Source: a virus (Duplodnaviria; Caudoviricetes). Taken from it: DNA of 64,000 bases. Under the pieces are notes generated by a model that saw nothing but the letters and a program-made list of their open reading frames with translations, made no database searches and had not been told where the DNA came from. Positions within the stretch are counted from its first letter, which is position 1. Each line of letters begins with the position of its first letter. A program made the position numbers and the translations under genes. Shown piece by piece: positions 8,648 through 18,369 of this stretch. The stretch spans positions 32,001 to 96,000 of IMG/VR virus record IMGVR_UViG_3300046739_000039, one strand, 5' to 3'.

Positions 8648-10996
8648 ATGACTTACTCAGCAATTCCTAAGGGCACCCCGAATTGGGACGTGCCCCTTAA
8701 CAGTGCACTGTCACAATTAGATAATGCCATCACCGCTAATAACGGTAATGCTCTTCAGAGAGCCAACAACCTATCGGATCTAACCAGTGCTGCTCAGGCG
8801 CGTCTGAATCTAGGTATCAGTTCTAGCTCAGCCGCAGGAGTCAACCAGTACAACGTTAAGGATTACGGCGCGATCGGTAACGGTACGGCTGACGATACTG
8901 TACCTATTCAGAATGCTATCGCTGCGGCTACTGCTGCGGGCGGAGCCGTTGTCTTCCTACCCCACGGAACTTATCTCGTAAATAGCGGAACCGGTTTTTC
9001 TACTTCGTCCAGCGGTGTCACCATTCAGGGTGAGGGATCTAACGCTACTCAGATCGCTATTGGATCTGGCTTCACCGGAACATCTCTGTTCACCTGGACA
9101 GGTAACTACGGTGGTGTGCGAGAGCTAAGCATCATCGGAAATAGTACAACTACTACCAGTAATCCAGCAGCTCACGCTGTAACTGTTTCTGGTGCACAGA
9201 CTTTCCGAGTATTGAATGCAACCTTCCTGAACATTAATGGGTACGCTATTCGTGCCATCGGAACAGCCAGTCAATCACTTCATGGTGGTATGGTTCATAA
9301 CGTAAAGATCCAGAGCTGTGCCGGTGGAATTTATATTCTTTCCGATTCAACAAACACAGCAGCAAACTTTATGCTGTCTAATATCTTTACCAGATTCCTA
9401 GGTGTTAACTCAGGAACTAATGCGAACCTTGATGGTATTCACATTGAGGATTCATGGGATGTCTTGATGCAAAACGTCATGCCATGGATGCAAGCAACGC
9501 TAGGCGGAACTGGTGCAGCCCTTCGTATCAAGGGAAACTGTGCTGCTACATTCATTGAGAACCTTGATGCGCTAGGACCACAGACAGGAACCAACGTAGT
9601 AATTGAGGACGGGCCTAACGGTTCTCCTCAGAATGTTCAGATCACTGGTGGAGTTATCCAGCAGGGTAATGTTGGTCTTCTCATCTCTGGTGGTTCTAAC
9701 CAGGTACGTGTAAACACTATGCGTATTATTAATAACAATACTCATGGTGTTACTGTAAGTAGTACCGGTTTCGGTATCTATCTCAACCAGTGTTTGTTCT
9801 CTCTTAACGGAGCAGGCGCAACAGGTACCAACTATGAGATCAACTGGTCTGGTACTGCCACTGGGTATATCACATACAATAGATTCGGAACAGCGATTAC
9901 ATCTATCGGTGTAGCTGGTGTTCAGACCTCTATCAACGTGGCAGCAGGACAGAACGTACGAGTAACTGATGCAGATTTCCAGGGTACTGGAGCAGCTTCA
10001 ACTAACTGGATTACCAACCTTCCAACAGTTTTCTATGAGACTGGTGGTTCTAAGCTTAATTACCGTACAACTATTACCGCTAATAGCGATACTCGTCCTA
10101 TTGAACTACAGCCATCAGCAGCGGCTAATACTGCCTTTGCTGTAAACATCAATGGTACTGACGTTAACGACCGAGTAAGAATGCTGGGTAATGGTGTAAC
10201 TCAGTATGGTGTAGGATCATCTGCCAGAGACACTAATACTGGTAGAGCAGCGGCCGGTGTATTCTACACAGATAAGAATATGCTTATCGGATCTGCTACA
10301 GCTTTAGGCGATAACGGTGTAGGAGAAGTTCAGCTAGCCAACGCTACGACTGTTCCAACTACTAACCCTACGGCCGGTGCTGTTCTTTACGCTACTGGTG
10401 GTGTCCCTCAGACTAGATCCTCTGGTGGCGCCGTAGTTGATTTTGGTAGAGTGAATTCGGGTCAGTCAGGTATCAACCCTAATACGCAAGGATTTGTAAC
10501 CTGGAATTACGATCCTATGATTACCCTCGCTACAGGTGCTGGTGCTAATACTTCTGGAACAATTTATATGCACAGAGTTTATCTATCTGCTGGTACTGTA
10601 GTAACTAGCCTTGCAACGGGTGTTCAGACAATTGGTGCCACTCTTACAGCCGGTCAGAACCTTATGGCTATCTATGATGCCTCTGGAAACCGTCAGGGAA
10701 TTACCGCTGACCAGTCAGCCGCTTGGGTGAGCACTGGATTTAAGACTGCTGCTCTGACAGGTTCGTACACAGTAACCACTGCGGGATATCACTACATCGC
10801 TATCTTGGCTGTAGGAACTACTCCACCCGCTTTCTATCAGGCTGCTAACGCTCCATCAGCTCTGTTCAATGGAAACGTTACGGGAGCAACCTTGCGCCAC
10901 GCTACAAACGGTACTGGCCAGACAACATTGCCTACAACCAGAACTCTATCCAGCAATACCTCAAGTACGGTTAACTCCTGGGTAGCAGCACTTTAA
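8648..10996 (+). CDS. Tailspike-like protein with pectate-lyase-like beta-helix (putative depolymerase)
   Basis: YNVKDYGAIGNGTADDT..IQNAI...VFLPHGTY motif followed by beta-helix rungs; shared N-terminal anchor. Confidence 0.8.
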   Translation: MTYSAIPKGTPNWDVPLNSALSQLDNAITANNGNALQRANNLSDLTSAAQARLNLGISSSSAAGVNQYNVKDYGAIGNGTADDTVPIQNAIAAATAAGGAVVFLPHGTYLVNSGTGFSTSSSGVTIQGEGSNATQIAIGSGFTGTSLFTWTGNYGGVRELSIIGNSTTTTSNPAAHAVTVSGAQTFRVLNATFLNINGYAIRAIGTASQSLHGGMVHNVKIQSCAGGIYILSDSTNTAANFMLSNIFTRFLGVNSGTNANLDGIHIEDSWDVLMQNVMPWMQATLGGTGAALRIKGNCAATFIENLDALGPQTGTNVVIEDGPNGSPQNVQITGGVIQQGNVGLLISGGSNQVRVNTMRIINNNTHGVTVSSTGFGIYLNQCLFSLNGAGATGTNYEINWSGTATGYITYNRFGTAITSIGVAGVQTSINVAAGQNVRVTDADFQGTGAASTNWITNLPTVFYETGGSKLNYRTTITANSDTRPIELQPSAAANTAFAVNINGTDVNDRVRMLGNGVTQYGVGSSARDTNTGRAAAGVFYTDKNMLIGSATALGDNGVGEVQLANATTVPTTNPTAGAVLYATGGVPQTRSSGGAVVDFGRVNSGQSGINPNTQGFVTWNYDPMITLATGAGANTSGTIYMHRVYLSAGTVVTSLATGVQTIGATLTAGQNLMAIYDASGNRQGITADQSAAWVSTGFKTAALTGSYTVTTAGYHYIAILAVGTTPPAFYQAANAPSALFNGNVTGATLRHATNGTGQTTLPTTRTLSSNTSSTVNSWVAAL

Positions 10997-11005
10997 GGAT
11001 GAGAT

Positions 11006-11626
11006 ATGTGGTTATTCAATGAAGACAAAGCTATTAAGGAGAAGTTCTCCGGACTGGTTGTCACAGATGTAAATGCTCCTGACGCAGGAAGACCTGTTCA
11101 AGTTATCTGGCTAGACTCTGATGTAGAGCTAGTTAACTTGACTTACCCGTCAATCATTATTGCGAATACCGGTATTTCATTCGATGCGGAGCGAGCCCAC
11201 GCAGGTTGGGCTCAGCTCCCTTATACACCCGAAAGTTTTCCAGACTGGATTTCTGATGCGAATAACAATGTATCGGAATCCCCATACTGGGCTTTTACTC
11301 CTATCCCGTATAATATTGATTATCAAATAGAAGTGCTGTCTAGAAATAACCAGCATTCAACTTTCCTCTCTGCCGTACTGGCGGGTCCTGATTATCTAAG
11401 TACGAGACATGGATATCTTGTCGTTGAAGAAGACGGCACCGTAAGAAGACTGGACCTCATGACTGGTCCTGACCGACAGAATACGCATGACACAGATGGA
11501 AAAAGAATTTTCCATACGATCTATACTGTAAGAGTTTCGACAGAATTGCTTCCGTCCGAAATCAGCACCTACTCTAAGGTTACGACAGTTGTGGACACTA
11601 TCGAAGTTCTACCGCCACAAGTCTAA
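11006..11626 (+). CDS. Tail terminator/completion protein
   Basis: YPSI and P.PYNIDYQI motifs; immediately before the sheath gene. Confidence 0.65.
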   Translation: MWLFNEDKAIKEKFSGLVVTDVNAPDAGRPVQVIWLDSDVELVNLTYPSIIIANTGISFDAERAHAGWAQLPYTPESFPDWISDANNNVSESPYWAFTPIPYNIDYQIEVLSRNNQHSTFLSAVLAGPDYLSTRHGYLVVEEDGTVRRLDLMTGPDRQNTHDTDGKRIFHTIYTVRVSTELLPSEISTYSKVTTVVDTIEVLPPQV

Positions 11627-11674
11627 TCTATATACTGATAGTAGCCACTACTTTCAATTAGCTAGGAGATATTA

Positions 11675-13576
11675 ATGACTTATCAGCGTCCTGGGGTATA
11701 CGTAAATACCTCGCTAACTCCTTTGTCTACGGGAACAACTTCCCCTGGACAATCTACGGCTGCCTTTGTAGGTGTTCACTCTCAGGGACCTACAGCGCCA
11801 ACTCTTATTACAAGCTGGAATGACTTCCTAAACATTTACGGTGGCTTTGGAAACGCAACCAACTACCTACCGTTTGCCGTATGGCAGTACTTTGCCAACA
11901 ATGGTAATCAGGCTTACGTTGTCCGTGCTGCTGCCTCTGACGCTGTTACAGCGACTCAGACACTGAACGACCGTGAAGACGGTGTGGGAGCCGTACAGCC
12001 CCCTGCCGGTGTGGGCGCAGCTCCTGCGGGAACTATTACTCCGTCATACACTTACGAGTACACAGTAACCACCACCACTGCTAGTGGTGAGACTGACGGT
12101 GGAACTCCTGTTACTGCTGTTGCTAACCAGACTCTTACTGCTACTAATAAGGTAGTTCTTACTTGGACAGCGGCAACTGGAACCATTACTGGCTACAAGG
12201 TGTACCGTAGAAACCTGACTCTTGATGGTCCTACCTCTACACCGCGTCTACTAGGAAGCGTCGCAGCTCCTGCTGTTACCTTTACTGATGATGGTTCTTA
12301 CACTCCTGCTGGAGCTATTCCTACATTCAACAACACAGGAACTGCTGTTCCTATTCTTAAGATCTCCTGTGTAGCCGTTGGTGCCTGGGGTAACAATGTT
12401 TATGTAGACATCACAGATAGCACAACTGGTGTAGGACGTTTCAACGTAATCGTTCGTTATGGCGGAACTGCGGACTCCAACATTGTTGAGAGATTCCTTG
12501 ATATTACTATGAACCGTACAGATCAGCGCTACGCGGTAGCCATGATCAATTCCACACTGCTGGGATCAAAGTACATTCAGGTAACTGACCTAGGTGTGTA
12601 CACCACATGGATTACCGACATTACTCCACGCCTACAGAGTGCTACTGCTCTTGCTGGTGGATCTGACGGTGCTGGAACTCCAAGTCTTCTAACAGCTACA
12701 CAAAGACTTTCTACTATTGAAGATAACCTGGATCTAAATATTCCAGGTGTAACAGATACACTGACTCTTAATCCTGTTCTTGCGTGGACAAACACACAAC
12801 CTAATATCTTTGTGGTTGTAGATGCTCCGCAAGCTATCATTGGTTCTGATGGTGTAACTCCTTCTGAGTCTGCCACCGTGAATAACTACCTAGCTATGGT
12901 AGTAGGAAACGCTGAGATTGTTCCTTCCCCAACTGTTGCAGTATATGCACCTTGGGTAAACATTCCAGACCCTGTCTCTACCACACCTGGGGCTACTAGA
13001 AAGCTTCCACCTGGTGGAGCTGTTCTAGGTCTTTACTCTCAGACAGACGCGCAGTATGGCGTACAGAAGTCTCCTGCGGGTGTAACTATCCCAGTTCAGA
13101 GATGTGCTGGGGTAGAGCTAGCATTCCAGAACAGCAACCTTGATACCCTGAACTCCAACGGTGTAAACATTATCCGTAATGTTTCTAGCTACGGGTTCTG
13201 TGTAATGGGTGCAAGAACACTTCTGCCTAACCAGCCAAACCGCTACGTTTCTATTCAGCGTACTTTGATGAGTATTACTCAGACGCTGCAAGAAATTACT
13301 CAGGTAGCTATTTTCGAAAACAACAACTCCACTCTGTGGGCAACCTTGAGCGCAATTGTTACTCAGTACCTACAAGGAATTTGGCAGACTGGTGTTCTCG
13401 CAGGAGACACAGCAGACGCTGCTTACTTTGTACAGTGCGATGCAAGTAACAACACTCCAACATCTATTGCTGCTGGAGAAGTTCACATTCAGGTTGGATT
13501 GGCTCTGAATAGTCCTGCTGAGTTCATCGTTATCGATATTAACCAGATGGCCTCTTCTTCAACCACTTCATCCTAA
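11675..13576 (+). CDS. Tail sheath protein
   Basis: RPGVYV N-terminus; VQKSPAG, MGARTL, YVSIQR and PAEFIVI motifs. Confidence 0.95.
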   Translation: MTYQRPGVYVNTSLTPLSTGTTSPGQSTAAFVGVHSQGPTAPTLITSWNDFLNIYGGFGNATNYLPFAVWQYFANNGNQAYVVRAAASDAVTATQTLNDREDGVGAVQPPAGVGAAPAGTITPSYTYEYTVTTTTASGETDGGTPVTAVANQTLTATNKVVLTWTAATGTITGYKVYRRNLTLDGPTSTPRLLGSVAAPAVTFTDDGSYTPAGAIPTFNNTGTAVPILKISCVAVGAWGNNVYVDITDSTTGVGRFNVIVRYGGTADSNIVERFLDITMNRTDQRYAVAMINSTLLGSKYIQVTDLGVYTTWITDITPRLQSATALAGGSDGAGTPSLLTATQRLSTIEDNLDLNIPGVTDTLTLNPVLAWTNTQPNIFVVVDAPQAIIGSDGVTPSESATVNNYLAMVVGNAEIVPSPTVAVYAPWVNIPDPVSTTPGATRKLPPGGAVLGLYSQTDAQYGVQKSPAGVTIPVQRCAGVELAFQNSNLDTLNSNGVNIIRNVSSYGFCVMGARTLLPNQPNRYVSIQRTLMSITQTLQEITQVAIFENNNSTLWATLSAIVTQYLQGIWQTGVLAGDTADAAYFVQCDASNNTPTSIAAGEVHIQVGLALNSPAEFIVIDINQMASSSTTSS

Positions 13577-13587
13577 GGAGTAACTAA

Positions 13588-14163
13588 ATGGGTACTACCA
13601 ATGTAGCTCCGCTAGCTAAGGCATCTCCATCCATTGCCCACCTAGCTACGGACCCGCTTCGTAATTTTAAGTTCAACGTAAATATCATGCACCCCAGCAT
13701 TAAGGGATTTGCATCAATGGGATTCATGACTGTTTCAGGTCTGAATATCACCACTGAGGTTATTCCTTATCGTGAGGGTGGAATGAATACCACTACACAG
13801 AAGATGCCCGGACAGTCCGATTTTGCACCTATCACCCTATCTCAGGGTGTTGCGGTAGGTTCTGGACCGATGTGGAAGTGGATGACCGATTTGTTCAAGG
13901 TCATGCAGGGAACAGGTACCGGAACACCTGGTAAGGACTTCCGTGCCACTGTAGACGTTATGGTTCTGGATCACCCGGTAACCAGCTCTACAGTTCCTGT
14001 AAAGGCTATCTATCGAATCTACAACGCATGGCCAACCAGCATTGCATTCTCTGACCTAGACGCAGGAGCTAACGCAGTTCTTATGCAGCAGCTTTCTCTA
14101 GCGCACGAGGGCTTTGACTTCAAGCTAGCCTCTAAGATTGGTCTTTCAGGCGTTAGCTTCTAA
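13588..14163 (+). CDS. Tail tube protein (T4 gp19-like)
   Basis: DPLRNFKF, YREGG, NAWP and EG motifs; follows the sheath gene. Confidence 0.92.
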   Translation: MGTTNVAPLAKASPSIAHLATDPLRNFKFNVNIMHPSIKGFASMGFMTVSGLNITTEVIPYREGGMNTTTQKMPGQSDFAPITLSQGVAVGSGPMWKWMTDLFKVMQGTGTGTPGKDFRATVDVMVLDHPVTSSTVPVKAIYRIYNAWPTSIAFSDLDAGANAVLMQQLSLAHEGFDFKLASKIGLSGVSF

Positions 14164-14210
14164 TAGGCTAGAATAAGTAATAATCTTTCGTGACAATATT
14201 TGGAGAACGT

Positions 14211-15074
14211 ATGGAACACCAGATGCCTCAGTATTCTATGTCCTTTGATGATGATCAGGGGCAGGTAGTATCACACGACAATGCAGACCTTAATTCACTT
14301 ACGAAAAAGGTATTGCAGTCTATGAACCCTGCCCCTGTCATTGATGCTCTTCCCGACACGGCTGTTAAGCTACCAGCGGGTATTGTAGTTGATGGCAAGG
14401 TCTATCAGGATGCTGAAGTTCGTGAACTGACCGGTGAGCATGAGGAGAAGTTGGCTAAGTCTCGCCTGGCTAATAACGCGGCTAAGTATGTCAACACCCT
14501 TCTACTATGCGGAACAGTCTCAGTCGGTGGCCAGGAAGCCACACCCGCTCTATTAGAAAGTCTCCTACAGGGTGACCTGGATATGCTTATGCTAGGTATT
14601 CGTAGAGCTACCTTTGGTGACGACTTTGAGGTATACGAAGTCGAGTGTCCGCACTGTCAGGAACTCAATGACCTAGAGCTAAATCTTAAGGACATCCCTG
14701 TCAAGGAGTTAGATGATCCAGATACTAGGGAGTTCCTTATAGATCTTCGTAGAGGACGCAAGGCCAAGATTCAATTCCCAACCGGAGCTGTCCAGACCGA
14801 GATCTTCAAGAACAACCTGACTATTCCTGAAATGAATTCTCTTACCTTGGCAGAATGTGTTATCTCATTCATTGAAGCTGATGGCACAGAGAAGATGTCT
14901 ACAGGACTAGCTGATGTAAAGAAGCTTGGTGTTTCTGATAGAACAAAGCTTCAAGAATACATCTATGATAATCAACCAGGACCACGATACGATCAGGTAA
15001 CTGCCCTTTGCTCTTCTTGTGAAGGAGAGGTTTCTGTCCCACTAACTGTGGGTATCCTGTTTCGTGAACTCTGA
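14211..15074 (+). CDS. Tail assembly chaperone (T4 gp26-like family) with Zn-binding CPHC/CSSC
   Basis: VRELTGEHEE and LLQGD..ML..GIRRATFG motifs; lies between tube and tape measure; ATG 14211 has RBS GGAG. Confidence 0.75.
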   Translation: MEHQMPQYSMSFDDDQGQVVSHDNADLNSLTKKVLQSMNPAPVIDALPDTAVKLPAGIVVDGKVYQDAEVRELTGEHEEKLAKSRLANNAAKYVNTLLLCGTVSVGGQEATPALLESLLQGDLDMLMLGIRRATFGDDFEVYEVECPHCQELNDLELNLKDIPVKELDDPDTREFLIDLRRGRKAKIQFPTGAVQTEIFKNNLTIPEMNSLTLAECVISFIEADGTEKMSTGLADVKKLGVSDRTKLQEYIYDNQPGPRYDQVTALCSSCEGEVSVPLTVGILFREL

Positions 15075-15300
15075 TTATCAGAGCCTGTATAAAGAATACG
15101 AACAATTAGTTGATGCATTCCATTGGCCTCTTTCTGAATCGAGACAACTTACTTATAGGGAACGCAAGCATTGGATAAAGAGATATCTCTATAAGCTGGA
15201 GCAAGAGTATGAAAGAATGCACCAGACTAATAACTCAAATCAAGTCATTACGCGCTCCGTAGGAGAAGGCGTTACTTTCGGTGGAACGCCATATAGGTAA
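15064..15300 (+). CDS. Tail assembly chaperone extension (gpE'/gpT-like), probably expressed by frameshift
   Basis: W..SE...L..RER..W motif; overlaps the chaperone end in the +1 frame; no clear RBS. Confidence 0.65.
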   Translation: MNSDYQSLYKEYEQLVDAFHWPLSESRQLTYRERKHWIKRYLYKLEQEYERMHQTNNSNQVITRSVGEGVTFGGTPYR

Positions 15301-15339
15301 TATAATTGAAAGTAACACCTTCACTTAAGGAGATCTCAA

Positions 15340-18300
15340 GTGGCTACACCAACTCCGCCTTCTATCGGGCCTAATATCGGTACCAGCCGCTTGTTGAATG
15401 TTAATAATCTTCAACAAGCGGCTGATTCGTTTACAAAACAACTTAACAAGCTAACCGCCTCACTAGGCACAGCGATCAGAAGCACGAGTTCTTCCGGAAG
15501 TAACAGCAACGGAGGAGCCTTCGGTTCTTCCTGGAACTCTGGTTCCAACCGTTCTAACTACGGTAACGGTGGTAATGGTCGCTTCACTGTAGGCTCCCTT
15601 AATGCTGGCTCCTCTAATGGCGGAGGCGGTAGGTTCGGGAGTCTCGCAGGCATGTCCAGACTTTCCGCTGGTGCGGCTGCTATTGCGGGTACAGGTTCTG
15701 CCCTTATTAACTATGCTAATAAGAACATGGCTTCTAATTTCCAATTGGATTACTTTGGTACTAATGCCTCAGTAGCTGGTGGAATTCCTGGAAGTAATTT
15801 CCAGGCTTCTAACAGAGTTGCCAGAGCTACGGTATTCAACAATAACAACGTTGCCCTTAATGCGACAGACGCTGCGAAGGCTGGTTATCTAAACCAATAC
15901 ACCTTTGGTAACTCTCAGTTCAATGGTGTAGCTAACCCTGCCTTTGTTTCCGGTCAGAACATGTCCCGTCAGTTTGCTTACGCCAACCCAACAGCAGGTG
16001 CCTATGGTGGTGCGCTAGCAGCTCAGCAGACTTACTCTGGTCGTTCCCTTGCAGCACTTAATGCTTATGGCTATGGCAGTCCTATTTCCATGGGTGGCGT
16101 AAAGAATTCCATGGGCAACATTGCTCAAGGAATCTACGGCAGAACATTCGGTAATCAGAATGTAAACATGAAGCAATTCAATGCTGCTATTCAGCAGGGT
16201 GGTTCGCTAGCTGTAAACCTACAGGCTGTAGGTGCCTCTGCTGGTTGGAGTCAGTCAACCATTCAGTCTTATCAGAACGTTCTTCAAGGACAGGTTGCCG
16301 CTCAACAGAAGGGAATGGGAGAAAGCAAGTACTACAGTTTGCTTAGTCAGGCTGCGGGTGGAAACAGATCTGCTGTTAACCAGCTAGCCAAGACTACTGG
16401 TATGGGTTCCTCAATGTTTGAGAACCAGAGAAATCTAAACGCTACTCGTCTTACTCGACAGAACGATATTCTGGATTCTCTCGCCCCTGCATTCGATTCA
16501 GCTACCAAGGCAGTAGACAAGTTCTCTCGCGCTCTTACTTCCTTCCTACAGTCAACCGGATTGGATAAGGCAATCGGTGCCACCTCCGGTTACATGGCTC
16601 CCTTCTCTAACGCCCTGGGTGGCCTCTCTGGAGGCTTTGGAGCGGGTCTAGGTCTAATGGGTGCCGCTCGCTTTATGAGGGGCGGAGGAGGGCTCCTAGG
16701 CGGTTTGTTCGGTAGAGGAGCAGGAGCCGCAGCAGGCGGAGGATTGATCAACGCAGGTACCGCAGGTGCGGGAGCTGGGGCAGGTGGCGCAAGCGTTATT
16801 ACCTCTATGGGTGGCGCGGCTGCTACTGGTGGTTTGCTGGCTCGTGGTGCCGCAGTTCTGAAGTCACCGCTAGGTAAGGCGGGTGCTCTAGGTGTTGGTG
16901 GTTGGGCTCTTGACAAGTACGGACACAAGGTTGTCAACAAGACTGTAAAGAATAAGACAGGAAATAAGTGGGCTAATGGTGCTGTAACCGTAGGTTCCGC
17001 TGCTGCTACTGGTGCCGCTATCGGTACAATCTTCGGACCTGAGGGAACTCTTATCGGTGGTGCTCTAGGTGCCGGTTGGGGATTAGGTGAGGCTATCTTT
17101 GGTGGTGCTACTGGTGAGGGTGGGGTTACCGGAACAAGTGGTAACTCTGCTAGAAACTCCTCTGTTCAAGGAGCTGGTACAGCTTCAGCAGCACAGATCA
17201 TTAAGTATGCCGAGACTCAGTTAGGTGTTCCGTACGTTTGGGGTGGTGAACAGCCTGGAAAGGGCTTTGACTGTTCAGGTCTTACACACTGGGCATACGG
17301 TAAGGCGGGAGTAAAGATTCCTCGTATTGCTTCTGACCAGCAGACTATTGGTACTGAAGTTCCTACTAACAAGACACAGCCTGGTGACTTGCTGTTCCAG
17401 GGTAATCCTGCTCACCACGTTGTTATGGCTATCGGTGACGGGAAGATTATTGAGGCCCCACACCCCGGAGCAAAGGTAACTATTCGTCATCTTAATCCAA
17501 GCTCCTACACAAACGCTAAGCGTATTGTTGGATCTATTGGTAATCTGAATTCTCTACTAAATGAGAATGGTGATGACTCAGGCGGAACACTAGGTAACAA
17601 GAGTTACGGTGGAGACCTGGGAACCTACGGAACAAGTGAAGCGGAAGTTGTTGCTTCTGCTCTAGCAGGCTCCGCAGGAAGTATGCCTATGGCTGCATCT
17701 GCTAAGACTGCTAGTGATGTTTCAGGATCAGGTACAGGTGGTAATCCAAAGGCTACTGGAAGCAATGAGAAGGCTCACCTGAAGTCATACGCTAAGGCTC
17801 TGCTAGCTAAGCACGGTTGGTCTAACCAGTGGGCTTCCTTTGACGCTCTGGAGATGTCAGAGGCCGGTTGGAACGTTCATGCCACCAACCCTCAGTCAGG
17901 CGCTTACGGGCTTGCTCAGGCTCTTCCTGCTAGCAAGTACACCAGTGCAGGCAAGGACTGGAAAACATCCGGTGAGACTCAACTTCGTTGGATGATGGAC
18001 TATATCGCTGACCGCTATAAGTCTCCTAATGCCGCGTGGTCATTCCACCAGAAGAATAACTGGTATGCTGCTGGTGCGTGGAATATCGATAAGGATCAGC
18101 CTGCTACAGTTCACAAGGGCGAAATGATTATTCCTGCACAGCAGGCGGAAACAATTCGTCAGACTCTTCTGAACAATACCTATAACCCAAACTTGCAAAA
18201 GGCCATGGGATCTAACGGTGGCGGGCAGTCTATTACATTTGGAGATATCCATCTCACACTACCTAACTCATATGGTGGAACACCTGCGGAAGCACGTGAC

Positions 18301-18369
18301 ATGGGCAAGACTATTGTCAATGCCATGGAAGACCACCTTCGTCTTAAGAATCTACAGATTGGACAGTAA
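15340..18369 (+). CDS. Tape measure protein with NlpC/P60 and SLT-like transglycosylase domains
   Basis: A/G-rich helical body; GVPYVWGG...FDCSGL...HHV (NlpC/P60); EAGWN...SGAYGLAQAL (SLT). Confidence 0.9.
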   Translation: MATPTPPSIGPNIGTSRLLNVNNLQQAADSFTKQLNKLTASLGTAIRSTSSSGSNSNGGAFGSSWNSGSNRSNYGNGGNGRFTVGSLNAGSSNGGGGRFGSLAGMSRLSAGAAAIAGTGSALINYANKNMASNFQLDYFGTNASVAGGIPGSNFQASNRVARATVFNNNNVALNATDAAKAGYLNQYTFGNSQFNGVANPAFVSGQNMSRQFAYANPTAGAYGGALAAQQTYSGRSLAALNAYGYGSPISMGGVKNSMGNIAQGIYGRTFGNQNVNMKQFNAAIQQGGSLAVNLQAVGASAGWSQSTIQSYQNVLQGQVAAQQKGMGESKYYSLLSQAAGGNRSAVNQLAKTTGMGSSMFENQRNLNATRLTRQNDILDSLAPAFDSATKAVDKFSRALTSFLQSTGLDKAIGATSGYMAPFSNALGGLSGGFGAGLGLMGAARFMRGGGGLLGGLFGRGAGAAAGGGLINAGTAGAGAGAGGASVITSMGGAAATGGLLARGAAVLKSPLGKAGALGVGGWALDKYGHKVVNKTVKNKTGNKWANGAVTVGSAAATGAAIGTIFGPEGTLIGGALGAGWGLGEAIFGGATGEGGVTGTSGNSARNSSVQGAGTASAAQIIKYAETQLGVPYVWGGEQPGKGFDCSGLTHWAYGKAGVKIPRIASDQQTIGTEVPTNKTQPGDLLFQGNPAHHVVMAIGDGKIIEAPHPGAKVTIRHLNPSSYTNAKRIVGSIGNLNSLLNENGDDSGGTLGNKSYGGDLGTYGTSEAEVVASALAGSAGSMPMAASAKTASDVSGSGTGGNPKATGSNEKAHLKSYAKALLAKHGWSNQWASFDALEMSEAGWNVHATNPQSGAYGLAQALPASKYTSAGKDWKTSGETQLRWMMDYIADRYKSPNAAWSFHQKNNWYAAGAWNIDKDQPATVHKGEMIIPAQQAETIRQTLLNNTYNPNLQKAMGSNGGGQSITFGDIHLTLPNSYGGTPAEARDMGKTIVNAMEDHLRLKNLQIGQ

